From positions 1 through 64,000 of the IMG/VR virus record IMGVR_UViG_3300031911_000002: 64,000 bases of DNA; one strand, given 5' to 3'. The translations under genes and the position numbers were made by a program. Source of the stretch: a virus. The notes beneath the pieces were generated by a model. It saw nothing but the letters and a program-made list of their open reading frames with translations. It did not search any database and was not told the DNA's origin. Each line of letters starts with the position of its first letter. Position 1 is the first letter of the stretch. This document shows positions 37,624 through 46,409 of this stretch, piece by piece.

Positions 37624-37937
37624 CCTGGTTCGAAATCCTGTACCTCTGCTTCGGCACGTTCGTGACGGCGTCCGGGGTGGCCATGATCTCGGTCTACTCC
37701 GCGACCTATGCGTGGTGGAGGAACCACGTCGGCCGGATGATGGTGACGTACGCCGGGGCCGAGGTGCTGATGTCGCTCCTGCTCCTCCTCACGGTCGTCG
37801 GGCACGTGAGCCCGCTGTGGTTCCGGGCCGTGTGGTTCGGGCTCCAGGCGGCCGTGGGCGGGGCATTCTGTTTCCAGACAGTCCTGCTCGTCAGGCTGCA
37901 CCGGCAGCGCCGGGACCGAGAGAGGAGCGCGGCATGA
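37620..37937 (+). CDS. Holin-like 3-TM protein
   Basis: Three hydrophobic helices, WWRNHVGR, basic tail; directly before the endolysin. Confidence 0.65.
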   Translation: MTWFEILYLCFGTFVTASGVAMISVYSATYAWWRNHVGRMMVTYAGAEVLMSLLLLLTVVGHVSPLWFRAVWFGLQAAVGGAFCFQTVLLVRLHRQRRDRERSAA

Positions 37938-38833
37938 GCTGGTGCCCGTTCGCCAAGAAGATGGAGTTGCAGCCGGAGTCCGACGCTCAGGCCGCGATCC
38001 AGCCCACGCAGTTCATCGCCCACAGCATCGCCGCTCCGTGGACCGTCGAGCGGCTGTATCAGTACTGGCGGGACAGCACGAACCTAGAAAGTCATTTCGG
38101 CCTTGGGTATGACGGCCGCCTGGCGCAGTACATCGGGACCAACACACGGGCCGACGCCAACGCGCAGGCGAACCCGAGGGCCATCAGCCTGGAGTCGGCC
38201 GCCAACACGTCCAACTCGGATCCCTGGACGGATGCGCAGATCAACACCCTGGTCCGGGCCATGGACTGGGCCGCCGAGGAGCACGGCATCCCCCGGCGCA
38301 AGTGCCGGAGCTGGACCGACCCCGGATTCGGCTACCACAAGATGTTCCCCGAGTGGTCCACCGGGGGCACAGCTTGTCCGGGTCCGATCCGGACCGAGCA
38401 GTTCAACGACATCGTCCTGCCGCGACTGATCGCCGGGGACGTGGGAGGAGACGAGGACGTGGCACTCACCGACGCCGACGTGACCAAGGTCGCGGACGCC
38501 GTGGTCAAGAAGCTCATCGCCGGGGGAGGCGTCCTGGAGGGGTCCGACATCGAGCGGATCTTCACCACGGACGGTCTGCTCAAGGCGCCGCCGGACGCGG
38601 AGACCGCCGAGACGAACCCGTTCTGGACGTTCGCGTCCCACGTGCAGGCGCAGACCACGACCGGCCGCGCCACGGCCAAGGACGTGGACGACATCCTCGC
38701 GCAGGTGCGCGCGAACGGCGAGGCCCTCACGGCGATCCGAGCCACCCTGGGTGCGATCGATCTGTCCCGGCTCCCGGCCGACATCGCCGACAAGCTGAAC
38801 GGCCTCGCCTTCCGGCTGGAGGGCCCCCAGTGA
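37934..38833 (+). CDS. Endolysin, N-acetylmuramoyl-L-alanine amidase
   Basis: IAHS, SHFG, AISLES, GYH and TACPG Zn-amidase motifs. Confidence 0.85.
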   Translation: MSWCPFAKKMELQPESDAQAAIQPTQFIAHSIAAPWTVERLYQYWRDSTNLESHFGLGYDGRLAQYIGTNTRADANAQANPRAISLESAANTSNSDPWTDAQINTLVRAMDWAAEEHGIPRRKCRSWTDPGFGYHKMFPEWSTGGTACPGPIRTEQFNDIVLPRLIAGDVGGDEDVALTDADVTKVADAVVKKLIAGGGVLEGSDIERIFTTDGLLKAPPDAETAETNPFWTFASHVQAQTTTGRATAKDVDDILAQVRANGEALTAIRATLGAIDLSRLPADIADKLNGLAFRLEGPQ

Positions 38834-39042
38834 GCGCCGCCGCACAGATCAGGGAGATGGTGGAGTCCGTGGTCCGCGCCCTCACGGGCGAGACGGACCG
38901 GAGACTGGACGCCCTGGAAAAGGACGTGGCCGACCTGAAGGACCGGCTGAGCCCTCCGGAAAAGGCGGCGCGGGCGCAGACCGCCAGGGGCTCCGGCTCC
39001 GCGTCCCGGCCCCGCACCGTGAAGGATCCGGGCACGCCGTGA
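38830..39042 (+). CDS. Small coiled-coil protein
   Basis: GTGA overlaps on both sides. Confidence 0.5.
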   Translation: MSAAAQIREMVESVVRALTGETDRRLDALEKDVADLKDRLSPPEKAARAQTARGSGSASRPRTVKDPGTP

Positions 39043-40136
39043 GGATCAAGGTCTATCCGGCCGACACGACCGGATGCGGACACTTCAGGCTGATCTGGCC
39101 CGTGGAGGCGCTGCGTGCCTCCGGCGCGCTCCCGGACGACGTCACGGTGGAGGTCCGGCCGCCGACCGAGCGCGACCTCAAGCTGCGCATGGAGGGGGAG
39201 CGCGTGGTGGAGGTCGTGGACGCGGACCCGGACGCCGTCTACGTGTTCCAGCGCCTGACTCACTCGTGGATGGCGCAGTGCGTCCCGCTCCTGAGGGAGG
39301 CCGGGGCCGCCGTCGTGGTCGACATCGACGACCACCTGGGGTCGATCCACCCGAGCAACCCGGCGTACGAGGCACTGCACCCCCGCAACAGCGGGACGTG
39401 GGACCCCGTCAAGCGGGAGGTCACCCGGCACAGCTGGCTGCACCTACAGCAGGCGTGCCGGGACGCGACCCTCGTGACGGTCTCCACCCCGGCCCTGCTC
39501 GCCCGGTACGCCTCCCACGGGCGAGGCCAGGTGCTGTTCAACTACCTGCCGGACATCTACTTCGGCGTGCCCCACGAGGACTCCGCCGTCGTGGGCTGGC
39601 CCGCGTCCCTGCACTCCCACCCGGACGACCCGTCGGCTGTAGGGGGTGCCGTCGCGCGCCTCGTGGCCGCAGGGGAGGCTTTCAGGGTGGTGGGTGACCC
39701 GATAGGTGTCGGGGCCGCTTTCGGGCTGCGAGAGGACCCACAGGGAGCTTCGGGCCCCGTAGGGGTTGCACAGTGGCCCGCAGCGGTCGCGGAGCTGGGG
39801 GTGGGGATCGCACCTCTGGCGGACACCCGCTTCAACGCCTGCAAGTCGTGGCTCAAGCCTCTGGAGCTGAGTGCGCTCGGGGTCCCGTGGGTCGCGTCCC
39901 CGCGCGCGGAGTACGAGCGGCTGCACCGCCGGGGCGCCGGAGTCCTCGCCGACACCCCCCGGCGCTGGCACCGGGAACTGACCCGTCTCACGCAAAATGC
40001 CCGCTTCCGCCAGGAGCTGGCGGAAGCGGGCAGGGGGGTGGCCGAGGGTCTCAGGCTCCGGGAGCACTCCTGGCGGTGGCTGGAGGCGTGGAGCCGGGCC
40101 CGCGATCTCCAGCGGTCTCAGGCGGTCGCCGTCTGA
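39039..40136 (+). CDS. GT-B (GT4-like) glycosyltransferase
   Basis: GCGHFRL..P, VFQR, DIDD, VTVST..L, GIAPL..FN..KS.LK.LE.SALG.P.VAS. Confidence 0.8.
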   Translation: MRIKVYPADTTGCGHFRLIWPVEALRASGALPDDVTVEVRPPTERDLKLRMEGERVVEVVDADPDAVYVFQRLTHSWMAQCVPLLREAGAAVVVDIDDHLGSIHPSNPAYEALHPRNSGTWDPVKREVTRHSWLHLQQACRDATLVTVSTPALLARYASHGRGQVLFNYLPDIYFGVPHEDSAVVGWPASLHSHPDDPSAVGGAVARLVAAGEAFRVVGDPIGVGAAFGLREDPQGASGPVGVAQWPAAVAELGVGIAPLADTRFNACKSWLKPLELSALGVPWVASPRAEYERLHRRGAGVLADTPRRWHRELTRLTQNARFRQELAEAGRGVAEGLRLREHSWRWLEAWSRARDLQRSQAVAV

Positions 40137-40333
40137 GGGAGCTGAAGGCGGTCGATCACCTCCAGCTCCGCGAGGATCTCGTCCACCCGGTTCGCCAGCG
40201 CATCGCACTGGCGGGTCAGGGTGGCCCGGTCGTAGGTGCTGAAGTCGCGGTCCCGGATCTCCCGGCGCTTGTGCGCGAGGTCATCCTGGAGCCGGTGCGC
40301 GTGCTCCCTCAGTTCGGCCACGGTCAGTGTCAT
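40118..40333 (-). CDS. Small coiled-coil protein
   Basis: MTLTVAELREH...; AGGAG RBS. Confidence 0.5.
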   Translation of the reverse strand: MTLTVAELREHAHRLQDDLAHKRREIRDRDFSTYDRATLTRQCDALANRVDEILAELEVIDRLQLPQTATA

Positions 40334-40709
40334 CCGGTCGCTCCTCAGGCTCCGGGGTTTTCCGGGCGGCCGACGTCCAGGACACCCCACATGCCTGGCA
40401 TATCTCGTGACCGTCCGGCGTGATGACGAGCGTCTTGCTCTTGCATACCGGGCATCGCGCGCGCTCCCGCGCGTACCCGAGGAGGCGCCGCTCCACGGTG
40501 TCCGTCCCGCCCCAGTAGCCGGACATCCGGTACAGCAGGGCGTACGCAAGGCACTCCGCCCGGACCGGGCAGGCATTGCACCAGCCGGTCCGGGCGGTCT
40601 CCTTTCCTGAACGGGTCTCCACGTTCGGCGTGAAGTCGAACGGGGCCCCGTTGCAGTTCGCGTCCCTCTGCCAGCCGACGTCGGCGGCGCGAAACGCATC
40701 CTGGGGCAC
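40281..40709 (-). CDS. whiB: WhiB-family transcription factor with C-terminal Zn ribbon
   Basis: WQRDANC..C..CPVRAECLAYAL..GYWGG..ERR, then CPVC..CQAC. Confidence 0.85.
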   Translation of the reverse strand: MPQDAFRAADVGWQRDANCNGAPFDFTPNVETRSGKETARTGWCNACPVRAECLAYALLYRMSGYWGGTDTVERRLLGYARERARCPVCKSKTLVITPDGHEICQACGVSWTSAARKTPEPEERPDDTDRGRTEGARAPAPG

Positions 40710-40804
40710 CCAGCCTCCCTCTCATCAGCGGTGTTGTCTCTGTCCTCAACGATCCACCCCGATTGAGAGAAAGTCACTAGGTGCCCCAGGGGTCTACAGG
40801 CCGG

Positions 40805-41368
40805 TCACGGGTGCGACCGGCCGCTCCAGTGCGGCCCCGGTGTGTAGTGCATCGCGTCCCCGGTGACACCCTCGTACGCGGACCGACGGCCGACGACGTC
40901 CCCCGGCCGGACGCCGTCCACCCCGCCGGAGCGGGCCCGGAGCGTCCGGCCGTAGACCTCAGCGTTGCCGGGGACGCGGATGACCTCCCGGTGGCGGCCG
41001 GGGCCGCGCCGGTAGTCGCCCTGGCGCCGCAGGTGCGCCTCCCAAGCCTCCAGGCACGCGTACTGGTGCTGGCCCGTGGTCGGCGAGTAGCCGACGTCCG
41101 GGACGTGGAACCAGTGGTCGGCCCCTCGCCCCGCGTCGTCCTCGACGGCCCACGCGATCGGCGTGCTGTAGCTGTAGACCACGTACACGGCCGACCGGGC
41201 GGAGGCGTGGAACCGAGCGGGCAGGTGCCCCAGTTCCACGGCCGGACCGGAGTGAGCGGACCACAGCCGCGTCCCGTCCGGCAGCTTGCCGGTGGACAGG
41301 AACGGCCGCAGCTCCGCGATCAGTCCGGGGATCTCCGCGTTGCGGTACGTCGTGCGCGTCCTGCTCAC
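40805..41368 (-). CDS. Hypothetical protein (paralog of 41996-42817)
   Basis: YVVYSYSTPIAW..YSPTT..HQ; GGAGG RBS. Confidence 0.6.
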   Translation of the reverse strand: MSRTRTTYRNAEIPGLIAELRPFLSTGKLPDGTRLWSAHSGPAVELGHLPARFHASARSAVYVVYSYSTPIAWAVEDDAGRGADHWFHVPDVGYSPTTGQHQYACLEAWEAHLRRQGDYRRGPGRHREVIRVPGNAEVYGRTLRARSGGVDGVRPGDVVGRRSAYEGVTGDAMHYTPGPHWSGRSHP

Positions 41369-41739
41369 GATCCCTCCTCCGTCCGGATGATGCGCCGGAT
41401 CTCGTCGGTGTCCCTGTCGTCGGTCTCCGCCCCCTCGGCCGCCTTCTGCCGGAGAGCTGTGATCAGCTGCTGCTCCTTGGAGATGATCGCCCGCAGGTGC
41501 TCGATGTGGGCGAACAGATCCGTGACGATCTGCGGGTCACCCTTCATCGGCTCCGGATTGGCGATCAGCTCCCGGTGCCGGTCCAGGTGCTTGGCGTAGT
41601 CCCGGTCCCACGCCGTCCACTCGCTGCGGCGCGCGTAGGTCTCCGGGTGCGGGAACAGGTGGCCTCCCTTGGAGTCGTGGAAGTTCCTCCGCTCCCGCGA
41701 TCCTTCGATGAGCCCCATCAGAACGTCCTCCCTCCGCAC
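41365..41739 (-). CDS. Hypothetical protein
   Basis: Overlaps neighbours; GC3-rich frame. Confidence 0.5.
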   Translation of the reverse strand: MRREDVLMGLIEGSRERRNFHDSKGGHLFPHPETYARRSEWTAWDRDYAKHLDRHRELIANPEPMKGDPQIVTDLFAHIEHLRAIISKEQQLITALRQKAAEGAETDDRDTDEIRRIIRTEEGS

Positions 41740-41999
41740 CAGTCCGACACGGCGCCCTGGAGGACGGCCTCCACGGTCACGCCCTCGTCGTCCGTCCAGT
41801 CGGCCCAGACGTTGCTCAGCCAGTCGGCGAACGACCGGGCGGAGCGCTCCGGCAGGCTCCCGTGCTCGGGGTCACGGGCCCACGCGAGGATCTTGTTGTA
41901 CGGGTCAGGGTTGGAGCCCTGGTCCGCGTCGTAGTCGGCGGCCGGAGCGGCGAGGAATGCCTTGAGCCGCTCCTTGTCCCTGGCGCTGAGGACGGTCAC
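41718..41999 (-). CDS. Hypothetical protein
   Basis: GGAGG RBS; GTGA overlap. Confidence 0.5.
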   Translation of the reverse strand: MTVLSARDKERLKAFLAAPAADYDADQGSNPDPYNKILAWARDPEHGSLPERSARSFADWLSNVWADWTDDEGVTVEAVLQGAVSDWCGGRTF

Positions 42000-42817
42000 G
42001 GCCTCCACCTCCGCCCCGCGCGCTCGTCCGCCTCGATGCGGTCGGCGTCCCGGCTCTCCGCGCCCGGAGGCAGGTTGGTCCCGCCCTCGTTCCACGGCGT
42101 CCAGTCCGGGTCGCTGTACCTCCGGTCCAGCAGGTACGCAGGGGGCCCGGACGCCTCCGCCATGTCGCGCTCGTATGACGTGTCCCGTTCCACCAGGGAG
42201 TCGTACCGCACACCTCGGTGGTCCGTGCGGAAGCGGGAGGTCCCCTCGTCGTGAGCGGCTTGCACTTCCGCTCGGGTGAAGATGCCGGAGGGAGCGGTGC
42301 GGGACGGCTGGCCGGTCCGCTGCACCATCCGTCGCGCTACGCCCGGAAGGTCAGGGGTCTCACGGGCCGGTACCCGGCCGTAACGGACGTCGGAGTACCG
42401 GCCGCGCGCCGTGCCCCGGTTGTCGCGCCGGGACTTGCGGGGGTCGGGGTCCACGAACTTGCCACCCCACGCCTGCATCACCAGGCTCTGGTAGTAGGTC
42501 GTGGTGGCGCTGTACTGCCAGTCCGGGACGTAGTTGACGCGGGGGGTGTCCCCCTCGAACCGGGCCCCGTCGGCGTTGCTCACCCACGCAATGGGGGTGC
42601 CGTAGCAGTAGACGACATACTCCGCCTCGTCCAGGCCCACGGCGTACTCACGGGGCAGGGCGCCGTACCGGGCGCCCGTCAGGCGCCGGTACGGGCCGGA
42701 GAGCCCCACCAGGCCGTGGCTCAGGTCGGTCCCCTCATTGGCCTGGAACGTGCGGAGGTTGGACAGGGAGCGGATCACGCGGTCCCGCGTGCGCCTCCCG
42801 AATGCGAAGGTACCCAT
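41996..42817 (-). CDS. Hypothetical protein (paralog of 40805-41368)
   Basis: YVVYCYGTPIAW..YSATT..YQ; GACCAAGGA leader. Confidence 0.6.
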   Translation of the reverse strand: MGTFAFGRRTRDRVIRSLSNLRTFQANEGTDLSHGLVGLSGPYRRLTGARYGALPREYAVGLDEAEYVVYCYGTPIAWVSNADGARFEGDTPRVNYVPDWQYSATTTYYQSLVMQAWGGKFVDPDPRKSRRDNRGTARGRYSDVRYGRVPARETPDLPGVARRMVQRTGQPSRTAPSGIFTRAEVQAAHDEGTSRFRTDHRGVRYDSLVERDTSYERDMAEASGPPAYLLDRRYSDPDWTPWNEGGTNLPPGAESRDADRIEADERAGRRWRP

Positions 42818-42906
42818 TGGATCTTCCTTGGTCTCTTGAGATGTTAGGGACCCGGCCCCGCCCCTGGAGGGGGCGAGGCCGGTGGCTGTGCTGTGGTGCG
42901 GGTAGG

Positions 42907-43113
42907 TCAGACCTGCACGCCGCGCGCGAAGTCGACGAACGCGCTGAAGGCGCCCGGCGAGACGCGGAAGTTCGTGCGCTCGACGGCGGTGGTCTCCTTG
43001 CTGTCCGACACGGCCAGGGCGGACGGGTCGGTGGAGCGGATCTCGATGCACGCGCCGTTGCCGGTGGAGTAGGACGACTTGGTCCACGCGTCCTGGCTGC
43101 CGAGACGGATCAT
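42907..43113 (-). CDS. DUF397 domain protein
   Basis: WTKSSYS.GNGACIEI..VSDSK..AFSAFV. Confidence 0.85.
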   Translation of the reverse strand: MIRLGSQDAWTKSSYSTGNGACIEIRSTDPSALAVSDSKETTAVERTNFRVSPGAFSAFVDFARGVQV

Positions 43114-43323
43114 GGTGTTCTCCCTCGTACCGTTGTGGTCCGGCCGGGACCGGGTCGGCCCCGGCCGGTCGTACGCCCCGCCCCGGAGGGCCGGATACCC
43201 GTTGCTCCGGGCGCAGAGAGGCCGGTTACGGGGCCCACCCGGCGACGACTTCCCCTTTACCCTCGTGCCCCGCTGGCTGCGGCGAGGGAGGCTGTCTCGC
43301 GTCGCTGAACGATCTGCCTTGCG

Positions 43324-43396
43324 TGCCGCCCGCAGGGATCGAACCTGCGGCCTCCGGGGTTTCACTCCGGCGCTCTCCCGACTGAGCTAGGGCGGC
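43324..43396 (-). tRNA. tRNA-Phe(GAA) with atypical anticodon stem-loop
   Basis: GCCGCCC/GGGCGGC acceptor, GCTC/GAGC D-stem, CCGGA-GTGAAAC-CCCGG anticodon arm, GCAGG-TTCGATC-CCTGC T-arm; CCA not encoded. Confidence 0.8.
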
Positions 43397-43399
43397 GAC

Positions 43400-43427
43400 C
43401 CGGCCGGACCCCGGAGGGTCCGGCCGG
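43400..43427 (-). terminator. 12-bp stem with cUCCGg loop; near-duplicate at 43660-43683
   Basis: CCGGCCGGACCC-TCCG-GGGTCCGGCCGG on the minus strand. Confidence 0.5.
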
Positions 43428-43431
43428 TGGA

Positions 43432-43641
43432 TCAGGAGACCTCGTCGGCGGAGTGCTGGCGGAGGAAATCCGCCACCTCCTCCGCTGTGGCATCCGAACG
43501 GTACTTGCCGATGTGCCAGCTCATGCCGCCCGTCACGCGGGTGACGCTCCAGCACGGGACGTTCTTCCAGCTGTCCGGGTCCAGGGGGTCGCCCTCCGTC
43601 GCGGTGTCCTCCCGGACGATGTACTTGGGGCCCTTTTGCAC
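43432..43641 (-). CDS. Hypothetical protein
   Basis: GGGAG RBS; flanked by two matching hairpins. Confidence 0.5.
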   Translation of the reverse strand: MQKGPKYIVREDTATEGDPLDPDSWKNVPCWSVTRVTGGMSWHIGKYRSDATAEEVADFLRQHSADEVS

Positions 43642-43690
43642 GGCCGCTCCCTCGGTCGGGGCCGGACCCCGGAGGGTCCGGCCGGGTCGG

Positions 43691-44887
43691 TCAGCGGAGC
43701 AGGAGCGCGGTGGCGCGCTCCTCCATCTGGAACGCCAGGTCGGCGTCGATGTCGGCGGACTGCGCCGCAGCGGTGACGGCCTGGACGAGGCCGCCGCGCG
43801 TGGTCTGCCCTCCCTTGATGAACGCGGTGAGGACGTCGTCGTACAGGGCCGGGCACTCCAGCTTCTGAGTGATCTCCTTGACGGCCCGCTCGGTCTCCTT
43901 GACCTCGTGGCCCGCCTGCTCGGTCAGCTCCGCGAGGACCTTGCGCATGTAGTCGACGTCCAGGAACGTCCGCACCGCGTCGGCCGCCTGCGAGGTGATG
44001 AGCTGGAGGTTGGCCTGCCGGGTCTCCTCGCTGTAACGGATCAGTCCATCGTCCAGCCGGGCCCCGAGGTGACGGGCCGCGACCGCGTCCCGCTTGATCG
44101 TCATCCCGTTGGTGCAGACCTCCACGACGAGCCGGGGGGTGACGGAGAACGAGCCGTGGCCGGTCTCGCTGTTGGAGAGGACGAATCCGGCGAACACCGT
44201 GGGGTTGTCGGAGCCGGTCTGCCCGGTGAACGGGGAGCGGTACCCCTTGAGCAGCTCCGGGGCGAGGGCCTTGATCTCCGGCGCCGTGACCGTGACGTAC
44301 ATCTTGCGGCCGGTGAGGTCGCACTGGGCGATGTTGTCGGCCCCCAGACCGGCCGCCTGCATCCCCCGCAGGGCCGCGCGCAGGGTCTCGACGTGGTCCA
44401 CGATCTTGTACGAGTTGGACAGGAGCGCGCGGGCCGTACCCGTCTCCCCGCCGTCCGCGTCCTTAAGCGCGCGCACGAGCACCGACTTGTCGAGCGGCTC
44501 CCGCATCCACTCGCTGCCGTCCCCGGTCGCCTGGACCAGGGACCCGCCCTTGCGCTTGCCATGGATCAGGCCGTTGAGTGTGCCGTCCACGATGTCCGTC
44601 CAGCCCTCCGCCCGCAGCTTGCGGAGCATCCGGCCGGTGACGATCCCCCGGCCGAGACGCTCGGCCAGTCCCTCGTCGAACACGTCCGTGGAGGTGAATT
44701 CCTGCACGACCGGCGTGACTCCGTCGGCGGTGAGCCGGGGCTCCAGGTCGGAGCGGAGGACGCGGAGGTTGCCGCCCCCGAAGCAGAGGTTGGTCGCCGG
44801 GACGACGACGTCCACCTTGCGGTCCTGCTGCTCGTCCAGCGTCGCCAGGAGGGTCTCGAAGTCGGTCTTGCGCAGGGTGTCGGTCAT
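43691..44887 (-). CDS. DUF932/DUF945-like protein
   Basis: RALLSNSY..VDH, GFVLSNSETG.GS...PR.....CTNGM, H.G motifs. Confidence 0.75.
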   Translation of the reverse strand: MTDTLRKTDFETLLATLDEQQDRKVDVVVPATNLCFGGGNLRVLRSDLEPRLTADGVTPVVQEFTSTDVFDEGLAERLGRGIVTGRMLRKLRAEGWTDIVDGTLNGLIHGKRKGGSLVQATGDGSEWMREPLDKSVLVRALKDADGGETGTARALLSNSYKIVDHVETLRAALRGMQAAGLGADNIAQCDLTGRKMYVTVTAPEIKALAPELLKGYRSPFTGQTGSDNPTVFAGFVLSNSETGHGSFSVTPRLVVEVCTNGMTIKRDAVAARHLGARLDDGLIRYSEETRQANLQLITSQAADAVRTFLDVDYMRKVLAELTEQAGHEVKETERAVKEITQKLECPALYDDVLTAFIKGGQTTRGGLVQAVTAAAQSADIDADLAFQMEERATALLLR

Positions 44888-44915
44888 GATCTGGTCTCTC
44901 TTCCTTGGTCGGTTG

Positions 44916-44931
44916 TGCTTTACCTAAATCG
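44916..44931. promoter_or_regulatory. Operator-like 16-mer
   Basis: TGCTTTACCTAAATCG, about 30 bp upstream of the DUF932 start. Confidence 0.6.
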
Positions 44932-44978
44932 TCCCCCGGTCCCGGAGGGCGAAACCTCCGGGACCGGGACTCTACCGG

Positions 44979-45359
44979 TTACAGATCCGTCGGGCCGTCC
45001 GTATCGGCGGAGTGATGCGCCCTGTACGTTTCCGCGTACTGATCGGGGCTCATCCCGTGGCGGGCTGCTTCCTCCTCGATTGCCATCCGGATACGAGCTG
45101 CGAGATCGGCCACCCTGTCCGGCGGCCAGCAGAGCCCCTGCGCCTCGCGCCATGTGCGCCACTCCTCAGGAGTTGCGTCACTCTTTTCGGAGTTGCAGGG
45201 CCAGCAAGCAGGCGCCAGGTTGGTGCGGTCGTTTGTGCCGCCTCGGGACACCGGTATGACGTGATCGACCACAACGGCGTTTTCCCGGCCGCAGTAGGCG
45301 CACAAGGCGCAGTCGATGATCTCCCGGCGCAGAGACGCTGCAATGTGCCGGGACGCCAT
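44979..45359 (-). CDS. HNH endonuclease
   Basis: CAYCG..DHVIPVSRGG.N...NL..AC..CN..K; visibly lower GC. Confidence 0.88.
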   Translation of the reverse strand: MASRHIAASLRREIIDCALCAYCGRENAVVVDHVIPVSRGGTNDRTNLAPACWPCNSEKSDATPEEWRTWREAQGLCWPPDRVADLAARIRMAIEEEAARHGMSPDQYAETYRAHHSADTDGPTDL

Positions 45360-45709
45360 CAGTCGCGCACCAGACGGACCCACCGGGCGAACCGGTCCGT
45401 CACGGTGGCCCCCACGAGGAGCGCCGTGGTGAGCCGGATCCCCTCGTGCTGGGCTCCGTCCAGTCCGGCCCAGGTGATCAGTCCCATGCCTATCCCGGCC
45501 GCCACGACCGCGAACAGAGCGGCGAAGTGCCACCACCCCCACATGTGCGGGTCCTGCACCGGCTCCAGGCTCTCCGGGGGAGCCCAGTATCCGTCCGACC
45601 TGTACGCCGGACGGACCAGGATGTCCCGGCCGCCGGACTCCGCCACCTTCACCACGGCCCCGGTCCGCCTGTCGCGGACGAAGCCTCCACGCTTGATCTT
45701 CTGCTCCAT
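45359..45709 (-). CDS. Membrane protein
   Basis: AAGGAAGG RBS; two C-terminal TM helices. Confidence 0.55.
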   Translation of the reverse strand: MEQKIKRGGFVRDRRTGAVVKVAESGGRDILVRPAYRSDGYWAPPESLEPVQDPHMWGWWHFAALFAVVAAGIGMGLITWAGLDGAQHEGIRLTTALLVGATVTDRFARWVRLVRD

Positions 45710-45969
45710 GTTCGGTCCTTCCTTGATCCGGATCGGCCGTACGGCCGCCTGAGGGCCGTTCTCCGGCCCCGGTGACCCGAGGGCCACGGAGACGGAGAAC
45801 GGCCGGGAGGCGGCAGCAGGGACGTGCGGAGGGGTCAGTCCTGCCCGGCGTACTCCGCGCCCCAGCGGCCGTAGTCGTCCACGTGGATCGGCACCGTGAC
45901 GCCGCTGTGCTCGATGGACCCTGCGGGGTACTTGTCCATGATCTTCCTTCCGTTGACCGGATGCTTGCG

Positions 45970-46038
45970 TGGGCCTGGCCGGGTTCGAACCGGCGTCACG
46001 GGAGGGGTCCCCCTGCTCTGCCTCTGAGCTACAGACCC
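45970..46038 (-). ncRNA. tRNA-like RNA with 4-nt loop replacing the anticodon loop
   Basis: GGGTCTG TA GCTC AGAGGCA GAGC A GGGGG-ACCC-CTCCC GTGAC GCCGG-TTCGAAC-CCGGC CAGGCCC A. Confidence 0.75.
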
Positions 46039-46074
46039 ATGCTCGGGATCGCGGCTCCCGGCGGCCGTCGTGCG

Positions 46075-46380
46075 TCAGTTCCACTGTGCGGAGCGCTCCA
46101 TGCGGCCGGTCGCCTGTGCGGCCCTCTGCGAGCGCATGTCGCCCGTCAGGCACTGCTCGGCGATGGATCCGCCGGAGCACATGTCGCAGGCCGCGACGTG
46201 GGCCAGGTACAAATCGAATGCCGGACGGTACGGCAGGGCCAGGGACACCTGCAACGCGAACGGCTCCGCGTCCGGCTCGTCGGGGTCCATCTCGGGGATG
46301 GCACCGGCCCGGCGCCAGTAGGTGTCGTGCTGGTCCTCCCAGTCCTCGTCGGTCAGGGTCTCGAACGTCCTCGCCGTCAT
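46075..46380 (-). CDS. Hypothetical protein
   Basis: GAGGG RBS; H...C..C..C motif. Confidence 0.55.
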   Translation of the reverse strand: MTARTFETLTDEDWEDQHDTYWRRAGAIPEMDPDEPDAEPFALQVSLALPYRPAFDLYLAHVAACDMCSGGSIAEQCLTGDMRSQRAAQATGRMERSAQWN

Positions 46381-46409
46381 GGTCGTCCCTCTCTGGTCTG
46401 TGGTCTGCG

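Noticed and set aside
43324-43396. tRNA as an attP/attL integration site
   Set aside because: No integrase and no duplicated tRNA 3' end in the window; phage-type genes lie on both sides.
45830-45939. Short ORF starting MDKYPAG after the second tRNA-like RNA
   Set aside because: It has an RBS, but I could not establish its frame end reliably; it may be a remnant, so it is not listed as a feature.
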